Source: Welwitschia mirabilis | Taxonomy: Eukaryota | Direction: 5' to 3' | DNA length: 56,518 nucleotides | Assembly (NCBI GenBank): GCA_051453625.1 | Contig: JBOZIK010000001.1 | Coordinates: 2,999,880 to 3,056,397, forward strand | In this document: positions 13,200 to 25,208 of the stretch, one piece after another | How the letters are laid out: each line of letters starts with the position of its first letter | How positions within the stretch are numbered: the first letter of the stretch is position 1 | Made by a program: the position numbers and the translations under genes | Notes under the pieces: model-generated | Databases searched by the model: none | The model's input: only the letters and a program-made list of their open reading frames with translations | Told to the model about the DNA's origin: nothing

Positions 13200-16100
13200 T
13201 TAATCTATCTTCTTTTGCATGGGTGAGATTTTCTTCTTTTCCCATAGCTTGTCAATCTAAGTCTTATGTTTTTATGGAACTTATGATAAAAATGTTTTAC
13301 CAAATAATAAATAAGAGGAGTAAGGACGCTGAGGGAAAGAAGAAGAAGGGAGAATATGAAAGGATTCTTCAATAGGTTCCTTTCCCTTATGGTGAGTTTT
13401 TGCAAATACATAAGAAGTTACATATCAAGCAATGGAATTACCATGATATAGATCATGATAAATTGTTTTTTTGGTTACTACTACTATTATTCTTGTTATT
13501 CTTCTTATTTCCATTGGATCCAATTAGTATTATGATACTTTTGAAGTTGGATAATCTAATAAGAGGTAATAGTTTCTATATAAGATCTCTCCTAAACTTC
13601 ATAACCTAAAACATAGTAAAGGGTGTTGCAAATGACATCTAAAGTAAGGCAACTAGTTCCAACCTTTAGATTTAATTATAGTAAGGTAATAAGGAGTAAA
13701 CATGTTTATAAAGAAGCTAAAAATACCCTTCTCAATGAAAGAACCTTCTCTTTGACTTATTTTTCTAGAAAAATCAGCAAGAAAGAAAGAGAAAACAAAT
13801 AAAGAAAGACGAATCACAAAGATGGAATGAAGGAATGTAAGAGAAAATATTAAAGAATGTAATGAAGATGAGATTGACAAAAAAAATATTTCATGGAAGA
13901 TGTATAAGAAAATGGGAAATATACAAAACACAAGACATACTCTAACTAAGTATATATTTAAAAAACATGAGAAGAGATTATAAAAATATGTTGAATTCAT
14001 GCTTTGTAGAGATAACATCAGCTCTAGTTGTGATAAGAAGTGATGGCAATAAGAAGAAAGAAAAATGATTGCATGATTATTAGGGGTTCAACTTCAAAAT
14101 TGAAAAGGCAGCAAACTTGCAAGAGAAGTAAAATGATTAGGGAAAGTTAGGGGTTTTTATAGATGTAGGAATTAAATATAACCATTAAATCATCTAAACT
14201 AATCAATGTTCAAGATGAGTTATAGAAAGGATTGACCTGTGGATTGATAAGTTTTTTAAAGAGAAACAAAGTTATTTTTGTTTACTTTATTTTCTTTCAT
14301 AGAATACCATGGCTAAAAATGTAAGTGGGGGTAAAAAAGAAAAAAAAACATGAAATGTAATAGAAAACACTTTAGTCATGAATCCAAAAGATAGAAGGCC
14401 TATGTTAACGGTCAATATATTGAAAAATTTGTAAATTTTATTATAAATTTAAATGGATCATAATGCAAAACAAACAAGATATCCTATAAGTCCAGCTATA
14501 AAAATATAAAAATTAGATAAGCTAATCTTTAAGTATTTAAATTAAAGAAAGTAAACATAAACTTATCTCCAAAGCTTACCTATTTATTCTAATTTTTAAC
14601 GTTTCTACAAGTACAAATATTATATGTTCCAAGTATTTAGATTACACCAAGCATCCAGTGATATGACATCCTCTTTTAAAAAAATTAAACATGTTGTTTT
14701 ACGAATAATTATTAGTTATAGTTAATCTAGAACTTATTTTTTTAATGTTTTATCCAATATGTCTATTAGGGGCTAGAGTAAAGTAAAATATGTCTTAGGT
14801 TTCACTTATTTTCTTGAAAAATTAGGGTTATAAAGTAGAGAAAATCCATAATGTATTAAGCATGGAACTTATATTATGTTAAAAGAACTATTATTTTGAA
14901 TTTAAAATAAAGGATAATCATTCTTGATGTTGATCATCTTGTGTTTTATCTAATTCTACTATTTTTATGTTTTTTCTAGTTTCATTTTCTAATTATTTTC
15001 TTGCTATTACTACTACAATCTTTATTTTAATTCTAATAGAGAGTAATTTTGATTTATTTTTAAATTAAATAATATTTTCTCAATAGGTGCATCCANNNNN
15101 NNNNNNNNNNNNNNNNNNNNNNNNNNNNNNNNNNNNNNNNNNNNNNNNNNNNNNNNNNNNNNNNNNNNNNNNNNNNNNNNNNNNNNNNNNNNNNNAAGAA
15201 GGAGAAGGAGAAGGATGGGAGGATTATCCAATAGATTCCTTGCCCTTTTAGTAAGTTGTTAAAGGCACATAAGGAGTTACATATGGAGGAATGGAATCAA
15301 TAGAAGATGAATCATAATGAACTTCTTCTTTTAGTTTTTGCTATTATTCTTAATTTTCTTATTACTACCCTAGCATCTAGTCAAAATTACAAGACTTCTG
15401 AACTTGGGTAATCTTACAAGGGGTAATGGATTTCCATGTATGCTTTCTCCTTACCTTCATAATCTAAAATCTATTAAATGGTATTACAAATGATATATAA
15501 AATAAGATGAGGTAAGGAAAGTTTTCTTATAAGTTCGATATGGTTAATAATGGTTCTAAATAATAATTTTGCAATGTTAAAGGTTTTATTATCCTGCATT
15601 ATTCTAATGAGATCTAAATGGTTGTTATAGGGGTTGGTAACATGTGAAGTAGGTAACTCATCATGAATGATAAATTTACATAAGGTAAATTGGTTTTTAT
15701 GTAAAAACTAACATGGAAGAATGCCTTCTCTATTGGGAGCATACTCTCCATTTAAGGTGTGATAATAATATTCTAAAGTTTTTACCAAAGCAAAAGGAAG
15801 ATAATACAAATGTTATACTCTTAAGACTATTTCAAAATTAACTAATGAAATGAAAAATAAAGTGTATTGCATATGTGAATAAATTTTCTAAGGGTCTTTA
15901 TCATCAAATATTAGGATTCAAGTACTTGCTTTGGATAATAAAATGCATTAGCTTCCTTCAGCAGGTAGTTCCAATCTCTAGCTTCAATTTTGGCAAGGTA
16001 ATAAGAAGAAAACATAGCCAGAAAGGATCCAAAAATATCCTCCTCAATGAAGGCACCTTGTCTTTTACTCATCTTTCTAAAAAAAATCAGCAAAAAAGAA

Positions 16101-17000
16101 AATGGAAACAGACAAAGACAGAGAAAGGACAAAGATGAAGAAACAAATATGGGAGAGAAATTAAAAAAAAGTAAAAAAAAGGGGGTTATAAAGAACATCT
16201 CATAGAGGATATATAGATAAATTAAAAATATATAAAATATAAGACATACCTCAATTATGCAGAATATTAATAAACATGTAAGAATACTATGTGAAAATGG
16301 AGTTTTTGTGATTTATAACAACAGTGACTACATTAGTTATGATGAGCAGTGATACTACTTGAAGGTAAGAATGATTGTTGTATAAGAACATGGACTTGGC
16401 TATGACATGAGAAGGTGATGGTCTTACAGGAGCAATGAAACACTGAGGGAAAATGGGGGTTTTTATAGATGTGGGGATGAAGTGTAACTTTTTGATCATG
16501 TAATCTAATCAACGGTCTCAATGAGTTGCAGCAAGGATTGAGGTATGGATTAATAGGTCATTTCAAGAAAAACACAATTGTGTTTATTTAGTATGTTTTC
16601 TCTCATAAAATATCATGGTTAAAAATTACAATTTAGTAAAAACAAAATATGAAATATAATGGAAAACTCATCAATAATTAATTCAAAAGATAAAGGACCT
16701 AAGTTAATGACCACTTTATTAGATTTTTTTGTAAACTTCATTCTAAATTTAAATGGATCACAATGTAAGAACAAATAAGGCATCTTCTAAGCAAACCTAT
16801 AAAAATCTAAAAATTAGTTAAATAGGTATTTAAGTACTCAAGTTAAAGAAAGAAATCATGTAAGTATCTTCAAATCCCATCTTTTTTTTTCATTTTTATC
16901 TTTTTTACAATTACATATGTTTCTTGTTTTAAACATTTAGATTAAATTGATCATCCATGATATGACATCTTCTTTCAATATAAGTAAGCATGTTGTTTTA
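13200..17000 (-). mobile_element. Two diverged copies (~13330-14700 and 15196-17000) of an Athila-type accessory ORF region, putative plant transposon protein (Transposase_32-like), decayed
   Basis: ORFs 13653-14018 and 15911-16198 share SKRQGAFIEEDIF..F..MF..YYL..I...(G/D)WN. The second continues YYPKQVLES, like the YPxLVxEFY motif. Both have the same upstream TATAAAAACCC (14150-14165, 16455-16470). The region lies internal to the LTR/PPT at 12710. Copy 1 lacks ~450 bp present at 15490-15960. Confidence 0.6.
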
Positions 17001-17879
17001 TAAAGGAATTAGTGCTACATTGCTAGTGACTATTTATAGCCCTAAGGTAGTCAAACATGTCATAAAATAGATTATTAGAGCTACATTACCAATGAGCATC
17101 CATAGCTCTGATGTAATTAACTAAACCTAATTTTAATTGATTAAGATATAATGTGCTCTTAGAGAAGAGATAATTTATTTTATCTTGAGTTCTACTTCTC
17201 ATATGTAATATTTTTATTACACATGAAAAGGGTCGTTGGCTTAGTAGCCTAGTCAAGAAAAATATTGTCCCCCTTAAAAATTATTTGAACATATAAAATA
17301 TAATATTAAGGTATATTTCATTTTTTTAAACCACATTTTCCAAATTTGGAGACATTAAGTAATACTAACCTAATAAGAACTCAGAAAATAAGCAAAGCTA
17401 TTTCTTAAATAATACAATTAAACTTAAATTCAACCTAACTTGTAATGACAAGATGATTACTTATTAATGGTTTATCTGTTATGGGCTATCAACCAAGATC
17501 ATCAAGTCTCACAAACTCATGGATGGATGATAATGGTAGATGGTTTGTGCACTTGATGAGGTAATTACAAAATGTAGTGATAGTATGAAATGATCTGAAT
17601 GGGCAATGATGATTATGTCTACCGATGAAAAAAATGTCCTTAGGTTTAAATAAATTGGTTATGCTTTGAAAATTTCTTCCACAAGGGAGTCTTTCTAAGA
17701 GATGGGAGGTAGAAGATTCAAAAATATTATAACTATGAAGCTCAAAATCTTAATTATCTAAAAATGGAGTAGGATGGATATCATTTTCATAAATTAACTA
17801 TACAAGTACATGTAAAAACTTTGAAAAAAACATCAAGGGTGTAATAAGAAGAGTTTAAATTTTTTAAGTCAGAAGTGTC

Positions 17880-18154
17880 TCATCCTATTACATTTCTATG
17901 CTTTTGTAATAGATTTTTGAAAGGGAAATCAAAAGTAATAGAATCATCATGAGAAGAATAAGAATTTAATTCAACAAGAGGAGAATCAAAGATATAAACA
18001 TCATAAACAAAATCAGCCTTATTATTATTCTCTGGAAGTTCCACAATGTTGAAAATATTCAAATCCACTATTAAGTTACTAAAAAATATTTTCATATGAC
18101 TATTTTTATAATTAATAAGGGCATTTAACATTACTATAAATGGTTTATGAGGAT
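17880..18154 (-). pseudogene. Gypsy protease-RT linker fragment, cut by an LTR insertion at 18155
   Basis: NALINYKNSHMKIFFSNLIVDLNIFN resembles the post-protease segment of Athila-like polyproteins, and the CITDIRTGLIKCHF segment at ~2960-3010. Confidence 0.5.
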
Positions 18155-19511
18155 TGTTGAACTTAGAGGAAAGGGGTGAATGAGTTTCACTAAATAAAAA
18201 TTTAAACTAATGATAGAATAATAAAAAAGACATAATAATAAAACACCTTACCGAGATAATGTGGTTCCCCAACTTGGGTACATCCACACACAGAAGGTAT
18301 CTTCTATTTACACTTGTAGATATTCTTGACCTATAAGAAAATAGTGGTTTTTTAGCACATCACTGACCTTACAACAAGTGAGAGTCTCCTTACAAGGAAA
18401 TACTCTCTCCCTTGCAAGGGAATAGTTGTTTTCACAAGTGCACCATAAACCTTATAACAGTGAGAATTTCCTCACAAGGTAGCACTCTTTTTCGCATAAG
18501 GGAATAATAGTTTTCTAGCTCACTAGTAACCTTACAATAAAAACAAGTGCTCACAAGCAGTATCTCAAATGCACACCCATACAAGGGTTTTTTTACAAAG
18601 AGATTAATTCAATAATGGACTTACAACAGTATTCAACAATAAGATAGTCAAAAAATATATAACCAAAAATACAATATAACAATAATCCTGAATATATAGC
18701 TTTGATGAAGACTTTAAGTTTCTTGATGTCGTCATTACCATCACAAGTGTAGAAGAATGATATGATAATGAAAAATGATGTATTACTAAAATCTCCTTTA
18801 CAATGATTTCTTTAATACTTTGGAAGATGTTCAAATCACTCGTGCATTCATGATTAGAGCTATATTTGTTCATTTTATTTTCTTAAAGCACTAAATATTT
18901 AAGAGCTATTTATTCATTGAAGTTCCAAAAGTTATAATTTATTTCGTGATGTTGAGCCTTTATATCATTGAAGAGGATCTAGTCGTTTTAGGTTAATAGA
19001 TAACCATTTAACTTTGTAATCATCATGCAATGAATAGAAAACATTTAGGCATCCTGTGCATATCTTTAGTTTTTACCAATATGAACTTTGGTTTGAGATG
19101 TCTTCAATTTTATAGATGTCTACTAACAGTTAAACATCTTTACCTCATAGATGTCTTTAGTCAACTTACTTAGATTTTAATGAAACTTGCTCTATATAAT
19201 CCTTGGCCTTTATGATCATGAATCCATGATGTACAAGTTGATAGATCACATGAAATATAAGATATTATTCAAAAATCAAATTGAATTTTTTACCTAATTT
19301 AGCTCAATGTAGACATCTTCAAACATATAGACGTCTTTTTTTGTGTTAGATTTAACTTTTACTAGAGTTGTCTTTGATGAAATAGTCATCTTAAGCCTAT
19401 GACTTGAATTCTGGTTCATCCAAGATGTCTTTCATTTCCTATATATCTTCATTAGAGAAGTCTTCAATTTCCTAAACATCTTCAAACAACTAATTTTACA
19501 ATTTATCAACT
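18155..19511 (-). mobile_element. Lone Sirevirus/SIRE-like copia LTR (right boundary approximate)
   Basis: Minus-strand end ATTCACCCCTTTCCTCTAAGTTCAACA resembles the Sirevirus ATTCACCCCCCTCT end motif. Contains a cluster of AGACGTCT-derived palindromes (19095-19485) and an ~81-bp internal tandem repeat (18339-18540). Confidence 0.6.
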
Positions 19512-22262
19512 GATCCTTTTCCAAAAATCTCAACTAGATCATCTTAGAAATTGTCATTGGTGCATTCAAATATTTATGGCCCCTTTAGTTCTCCTAATCT
19601 AAGTGGTTGTAACTACTTTATTATATTTATTGATGATTTTTCAAGATTATGTCAAGTTCATTTTTTGAAATATAAATCTCAAGCATTGCAATCTTTTAAA
19701 GTGTTTCAAAAGTGGTCTAAAAGAAAAACAAGTATTAAGATCAAGTGCTTAAAAACTAAAAGAGTAGGTAAGTACTTATTAAAGGATTTTCGATCGTATT
19801 TGCAAAATAATGGTATTACTCACCAATTGACAACATCTTATACTCTACAACAAAATGAAGTCATGAAAAGGAAAAATNNNNNNNNNNNNNNNNNNNNNNN
19901 NNNNNNNNNNNNNNNNNNNNNNNNNNNNNNNNNNNNNNNNNNNNNNNNNNNNNNNNNNNNNNNNNNNNNNNNNNNNNGAAGTCGTGGAAAGAAAAAGTCG
20001 CTCTCTACTAGATATGATAAGAACCATATTGATTCAAGCTAATCTTGATAAAGTCTTTTGGAATAAAGCAATCAATATATCAAATTACCTTTAAAATTGC
20101 ATGTTAACAAGGCATCTTGATAACTCCACTCTATATGAGTAATGGTATGGCATTAAACCCAATTTGTCTCATTTGTAAATTTATGGATGTAGATGTTATG
20201 TTAAAACCACTAAGAAAGTCCAAATAAATTGAAACCTAGATCCAAAATTCATATTTTTCTTGGTTAGTCTAATCAAAGCAAGGCTTATAGATGTTATGAT
20301 TCACATTCAAGAAAGGTTAATGTATTGATGTAAAATTCATGTCTTTTGAATCATGTAACTATTTCTATTACTAATGATAATGATTCTTATGATGTTGTAT
20401 CTAATGAATCTAAAGATGATAATGAGGAATAAAGGGCATCTAAATGAACTTCTATTGTTGACACAAATTCTGGTATAAATCAAGCATCCATTCCTATACA
20501 AAATCAAGGTGAAAATGAATCCAAAAATTTATTTGTGTTGTTGGATTAAAATCTTAATACTCATTTAAAACATAAGAGGATAACCTCTTATCATGATTCA
20601 TCCAATATCATAGGTCCTAGTGAAGCTCCTACAAGAATAAGAAGTCAGTAAAATCTTAGTGCAATCTCAAAAGCTAAGATATGCAATAATATTTTGAAAG
20701 ATTAGTTAGCTTTAAGCTGTGAGTCTTCAAATTAAGATCTTGTTCTCTTTAAGGAAGCTATAAAATACCAACATTGGGTCAAGACAATGGAGGAAGAAAT
20801 TTCTCAAAAAGAGAAAAATAAGACATGGGTTTCTAGGCCAAAAAACAAAAATGTCATTGGTACTAAGTGGATCTATAAAATAAAGTACAATTCTGATAAT
20901 ACAATTAACAAGTATAAGGCTTGTCGTATTATCCTTGGATATGTTAGGAAGCAAGCATAGATTATGGTGATACCTATGCTCTTGTTGCTCGTTTGGAATT
21001 AGTATGAGCCTTTCTTGCTTATTCTTCTAAGATATGAATATTTGACAAATGGATGTAAAATTATCCTTTTTAAATGGGGTTCTTGAAGAAGATGTGTACA
21101 CATCACAACCCCAAGGTTTTGTAAAAACAAGGTATGGAAAATCATGTTTATTTATTAAAAAACAATTGTATTATTTGAAACAAGCCTAAGGGCTTGGTTC
21201 TCAAGGCTAGATTCTTATTTATGAAATCATGGTTACAAGAAATGTCATTTTGAAAATACTTTGTATAAGAAATCCACCAAAGACCATTCAATTTTTGTCT
21301 TGATCTATGTTAATGATATAATATTTGTGACACAGATAAAAAGTTGATTGACAAGTTCAAGAATGATATGACAAGAGAGTTTGAAATGACTGATCTTGGC
21401 CAACTCTCTCATTATATTGGAATCCAAATTCAGTAAAACCCAAGAGGCATATTCTAAAATCAAGTTAAATATGCTTTTGACATGTTAAAAAAATTTGATA
21501 TGCATGAATGCAAACTCATATCTACTCTGTTATCAACTAATTACAAAATTAAAAGAGACATGGAGGGAGATGAGGTTGATGAGTACACTTATACATCTAT
21601 GATTGATAGCCTAATGTATCTAATTACAACTTATGCTAATATTCAATATGCAGTTAGCTTGATGTTTAGCTTTGTGACTTGTCCTAGAAATCCTCATCTT
21701 GATGTTATTAAAAGAATTTTGTGTTATGCCAAAGGTAAATTAAATTATGGACTATTTTATGAGGGAAATAATAGTACTTAACTTGTTGGTTATGTTGATG
21801 CAGATTGGGCTAGTAGTCTTGATGATCGAAAGAGCATAAGAGGATATGCAATGCTTCTTGGAGGAAGCCTTTCCTCATGGCTCGACATAAAGCAATCTTT
21901 TATGTCTCTTTCCACTGCTAAAGCCGAGTACATAACAATTAATTTAGTAAGTCAAAAATTGGTATGACTTGATAAACTATTTAAAGATTTTACTATTCCT
22001 GTTGATAAGCGTATAAATATGCTATATGATAGTGCTTCTACCATAGCAATTTCAAGAAATCTAGTTATGCATGTAAGAACCAATCACATTAACATAAAGT
22101 TCCATTTCATTCGAAATCTAGTTGAAGATGGGCTTCTTGATCTTGATTATTACCCCTTCAAATTAAAACTTGCTGACTTTTTTACAAAGTCTCTAGAGAA
22201 AGCAAGATTCTAACATTTAAGGAAGAGACTTATGGTCCTTGATATTAAGGTCAAGGAAGAGT
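19512..22262 (+). mobile_element. Decayed Ty1/copia pol (integrase, RT, RNase H), 5'-truncated
   Basis: LVHSNIYGP...YFIIFIDDFSR and TSYTLQQNEV (integrase). QMDVKLSFLNG (~21046), LIYVNDI (~21300) and FEMTDLG (RT). GYVDADWA, SLSTAKAEY and NLVMHVRTNHINIKFHFIR...LADFFTKSL (RNase H). Confidence 0.93.
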
Positions 22263-22420
22263 AATCATGATTACAAAACACATGCAAAGTTGAGATTGCC
22301 TTAACTTTAAAATGGTAGCATCTTTAATATTTATTTGTATCTGTTCATTACTAGAGACTCTATCAGCCTATTCCTTTTTGTGCTTGACATAATTTGTACT
22401 TTCTATTGTGCCTTTAATAT

Positions 22421-22640
22421 TAAGAGAAGTTTGTTGAACTTATAGTTCTGGTATTAAGGGCACATTTGTTACACAAATTAGTTCCCTTTTGATGTGACCT
22501 ATAATTTTATTTTAAGTATTTACCATGACTTGCAATAATTTCACTTATTACCTTTCACTTAATATAAACTACCTTAATTACAAATGAAATCTTAAAATGT
22601 TTACTTAGAAGACTCTTATATTATAAAGCCTTTTTTAATC
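22421..22640 (+). mobile_element. PPT and start of the 3' LTR of the copia element (end uncertain)
   Basis: Purine-rich taagagaagt followed by TGTTGAAC at 22432, ~170 bp after pol. TATAAA at ~22563. Confidence 0.45.
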
Positions 22641-25208
22641 GTTCTAAGTAAATTTATTTTGAATAATTTAAACATAATAGCAAGCCTTCTTTGGTGATTG
22701 GATAACACTAAATTTTTATTCCTTGATCCGTTGGCATGCCAAAAAAGACATGAATTGTATTAACTGCATTTTTGTAGAGAACGTCCTTCTATGAATGAGT
22801 GGTATAAGCACATGTTGCATAATACAAATGATCATAAATAGATGTAACTATATATCTAGTTAAGCCAATAAAAAAAAATCCTCGTATAGTCTATTCTCTT
22901 TCACAACAAGTTGTCTCACATCTATGTGTTTTAACCTAATCCTTATTTGTTTAGTAACAAGCAAAAGTTGTCAAGAATACATTGCTTTAGAATTGGAGCT
23001 AAGGAGAAATGGCATCTTAAATATCATTGTAGATAACTACAAAGGTCTTTCTAATGTTGTGCATGTTGTCAAAAGAGCTTAGCCCCAAAGGGGAAGGATG
23101 ACAATTTATATAGTAATTCTTATATTTGTTAATATCTGAGGAGGTGTTTCCCAATAAACTTTGTTCAACACTTAGGTATATCCCTTCTATGAAGCCTACT
23201 GAAATACTAAAAAACCTTGCTATAGAAATGTAATCACAGTTTGATGAAAAGAGCCATGCCGTTAATGATTTTTATTGGAGATGAAGTTACTACTATCCTT
23301 TCTGGAAACCTCCTAAAATGCAATGATAAAGATGAGCTCTATGAAAATAATGCAAAATTGTTCCTAATAGAAACCATTAGGAAAATTATTCAGGTTTCAA
23401 ACATGTCCATAGTCATTAGCCATGTGAGTCCCATACCCTTTCTTTGAGCCAAATAAAGCATTGTATCATTATTCTAGAGCTACATTATCATTTCTGTAAA
23501 AAGCATCAAAGATCCACAAGGAATCTGACACAACTATAGTGATTTAAGTGCTACGTAAAATATTTTAATATTAAGAGTGAAGGAAAGCGGTTGTCAACAT
23601 CCGCCAGCTACATTTGAGATGAATTGCTAAACTAGTTTCACATGCTTTTTGTTGTTTTCTCTCATGAGAGATAACTTTGATTAAACAAGGGATTTCATTA
23701 TTTACATCATGCATTGCTAAAAATCGCTAAGGATAAAATTCTTTTCCATGTTTTCCACCTAATCTTTACTAGTACATCTGTTGATGGCTTCAAAATGATT
23801 GTCAAATTTACTTAGTTTAGAATAAATAATTGGAGACAAAAGTAAATCAAAAGAAAACTCATTCAAGAGCTATCTTTGACAAAACTAGTATTGAAGATAG
23901 CAATCCTAGAAGAAAATGAAGAGGAGTCAAGACATAAATAAATAACTTCTAACTCTTATTTGATTTGTTTCTCAAAATAGTTGATATGCATGATTTATTT
24001 GTATGCGCTATCATCCATGGCTAAATTAAGGTCCTTACAAACCCTGCATGAAGCCTTTAAAGAATGAGGTTAAAAAGCAGAGAGAGATTTTGAATTCAAT
24101 TGAAGATCCCTTTGAATACTTGTCCATTTTTTTTACTGCAATAATTTCCTTGCCTCTAGAAATCAACTGCAATGACATTTGCTTTATTCTCCTATTTCAA
24201 AATTTTGTTCTATTTACATTTCAGTTTAGATCACTATGCATTTGCTTTATAAAGAGAAAGTGCTCAAATGGCTATGTTAAATTGATGACAAAAGCACATA
24301 TACATTTAGGAAAATCAATCCTCCAATTCCAAAATGCTTATTGCTACTTTAACTCACATTTGACCAAGGTTATTTTTATAAGCTGAAGAAACATTTTCTT
24401 ATTATTAAAACCTAGTCAATTTGAAGGTCCTTATCCTATTCCAGAGCTATGTCTTTAAAATATTTTCTCACTAATCAGTCTTGTGAAAGTAGTTGCCCTT
24501 GTTTCTAAAGAGAATCATTTCAGCTCTAACTCTAGATTTCAAATCCTTATGTTTTAGATTTTATGAATGTTACATTTCTAAATTCCATTTATATTGTTTT
24601 ATTAAAATATCAAATTAAAATCTTTACTATTTTGAATGATGGAAAATAGCCTCTATTGCAAATCAGCTATCAACATGTAAAACCCAGTGAGAAAACAAGT
24701 ATGCAATAAATACGCTTAGGAATAAAATTCTAGATTTTTTTAATGTATTAATTTCTAATTATCAATGATGAAGTCAAGTTAAAATTGCAGCATCATTCTT
24801 ACAATGCATAACTTTGATAAAATATGTTTGTAAATTACAATATGATAAACATTATTCTTTAGCTTATTTTAACAAATTTATATCTTGTTATTGTTTAGAA
24901 TATTAAATGTTGGGTATTCAATTTCTTTAAATAATGTGTTATCAATGTATAACATGAAGATCATCATAATAATCAGAGTGCAAATCATTGTAGAAATGTG
25001 CCAATGAAAGCATGAAATTAAAAGAAAAAGTATGCAAACATAAACACACACTAACAATCAATAATGGTAGAAAATAATAAAGCATAAAATATGCCAAAAC
25101 ATTAATAGGCATTATCAATAATAATGATGAAACTCGGGGGTTGAATCTAATATCTTATAAATAAGTACTTTATGCCTAATAGAGCATTCTTAATTTAAAA
25201 GCTAAAGT

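Noticed and set aside
13653..14018. Hydrophobic N-terminal half as a retroviral env transmembrane protein
   Set aside because: The F/L/I richness follows from a T-rich leader and is not conserved between the two copies. Only the downstream soluble motif is shared.
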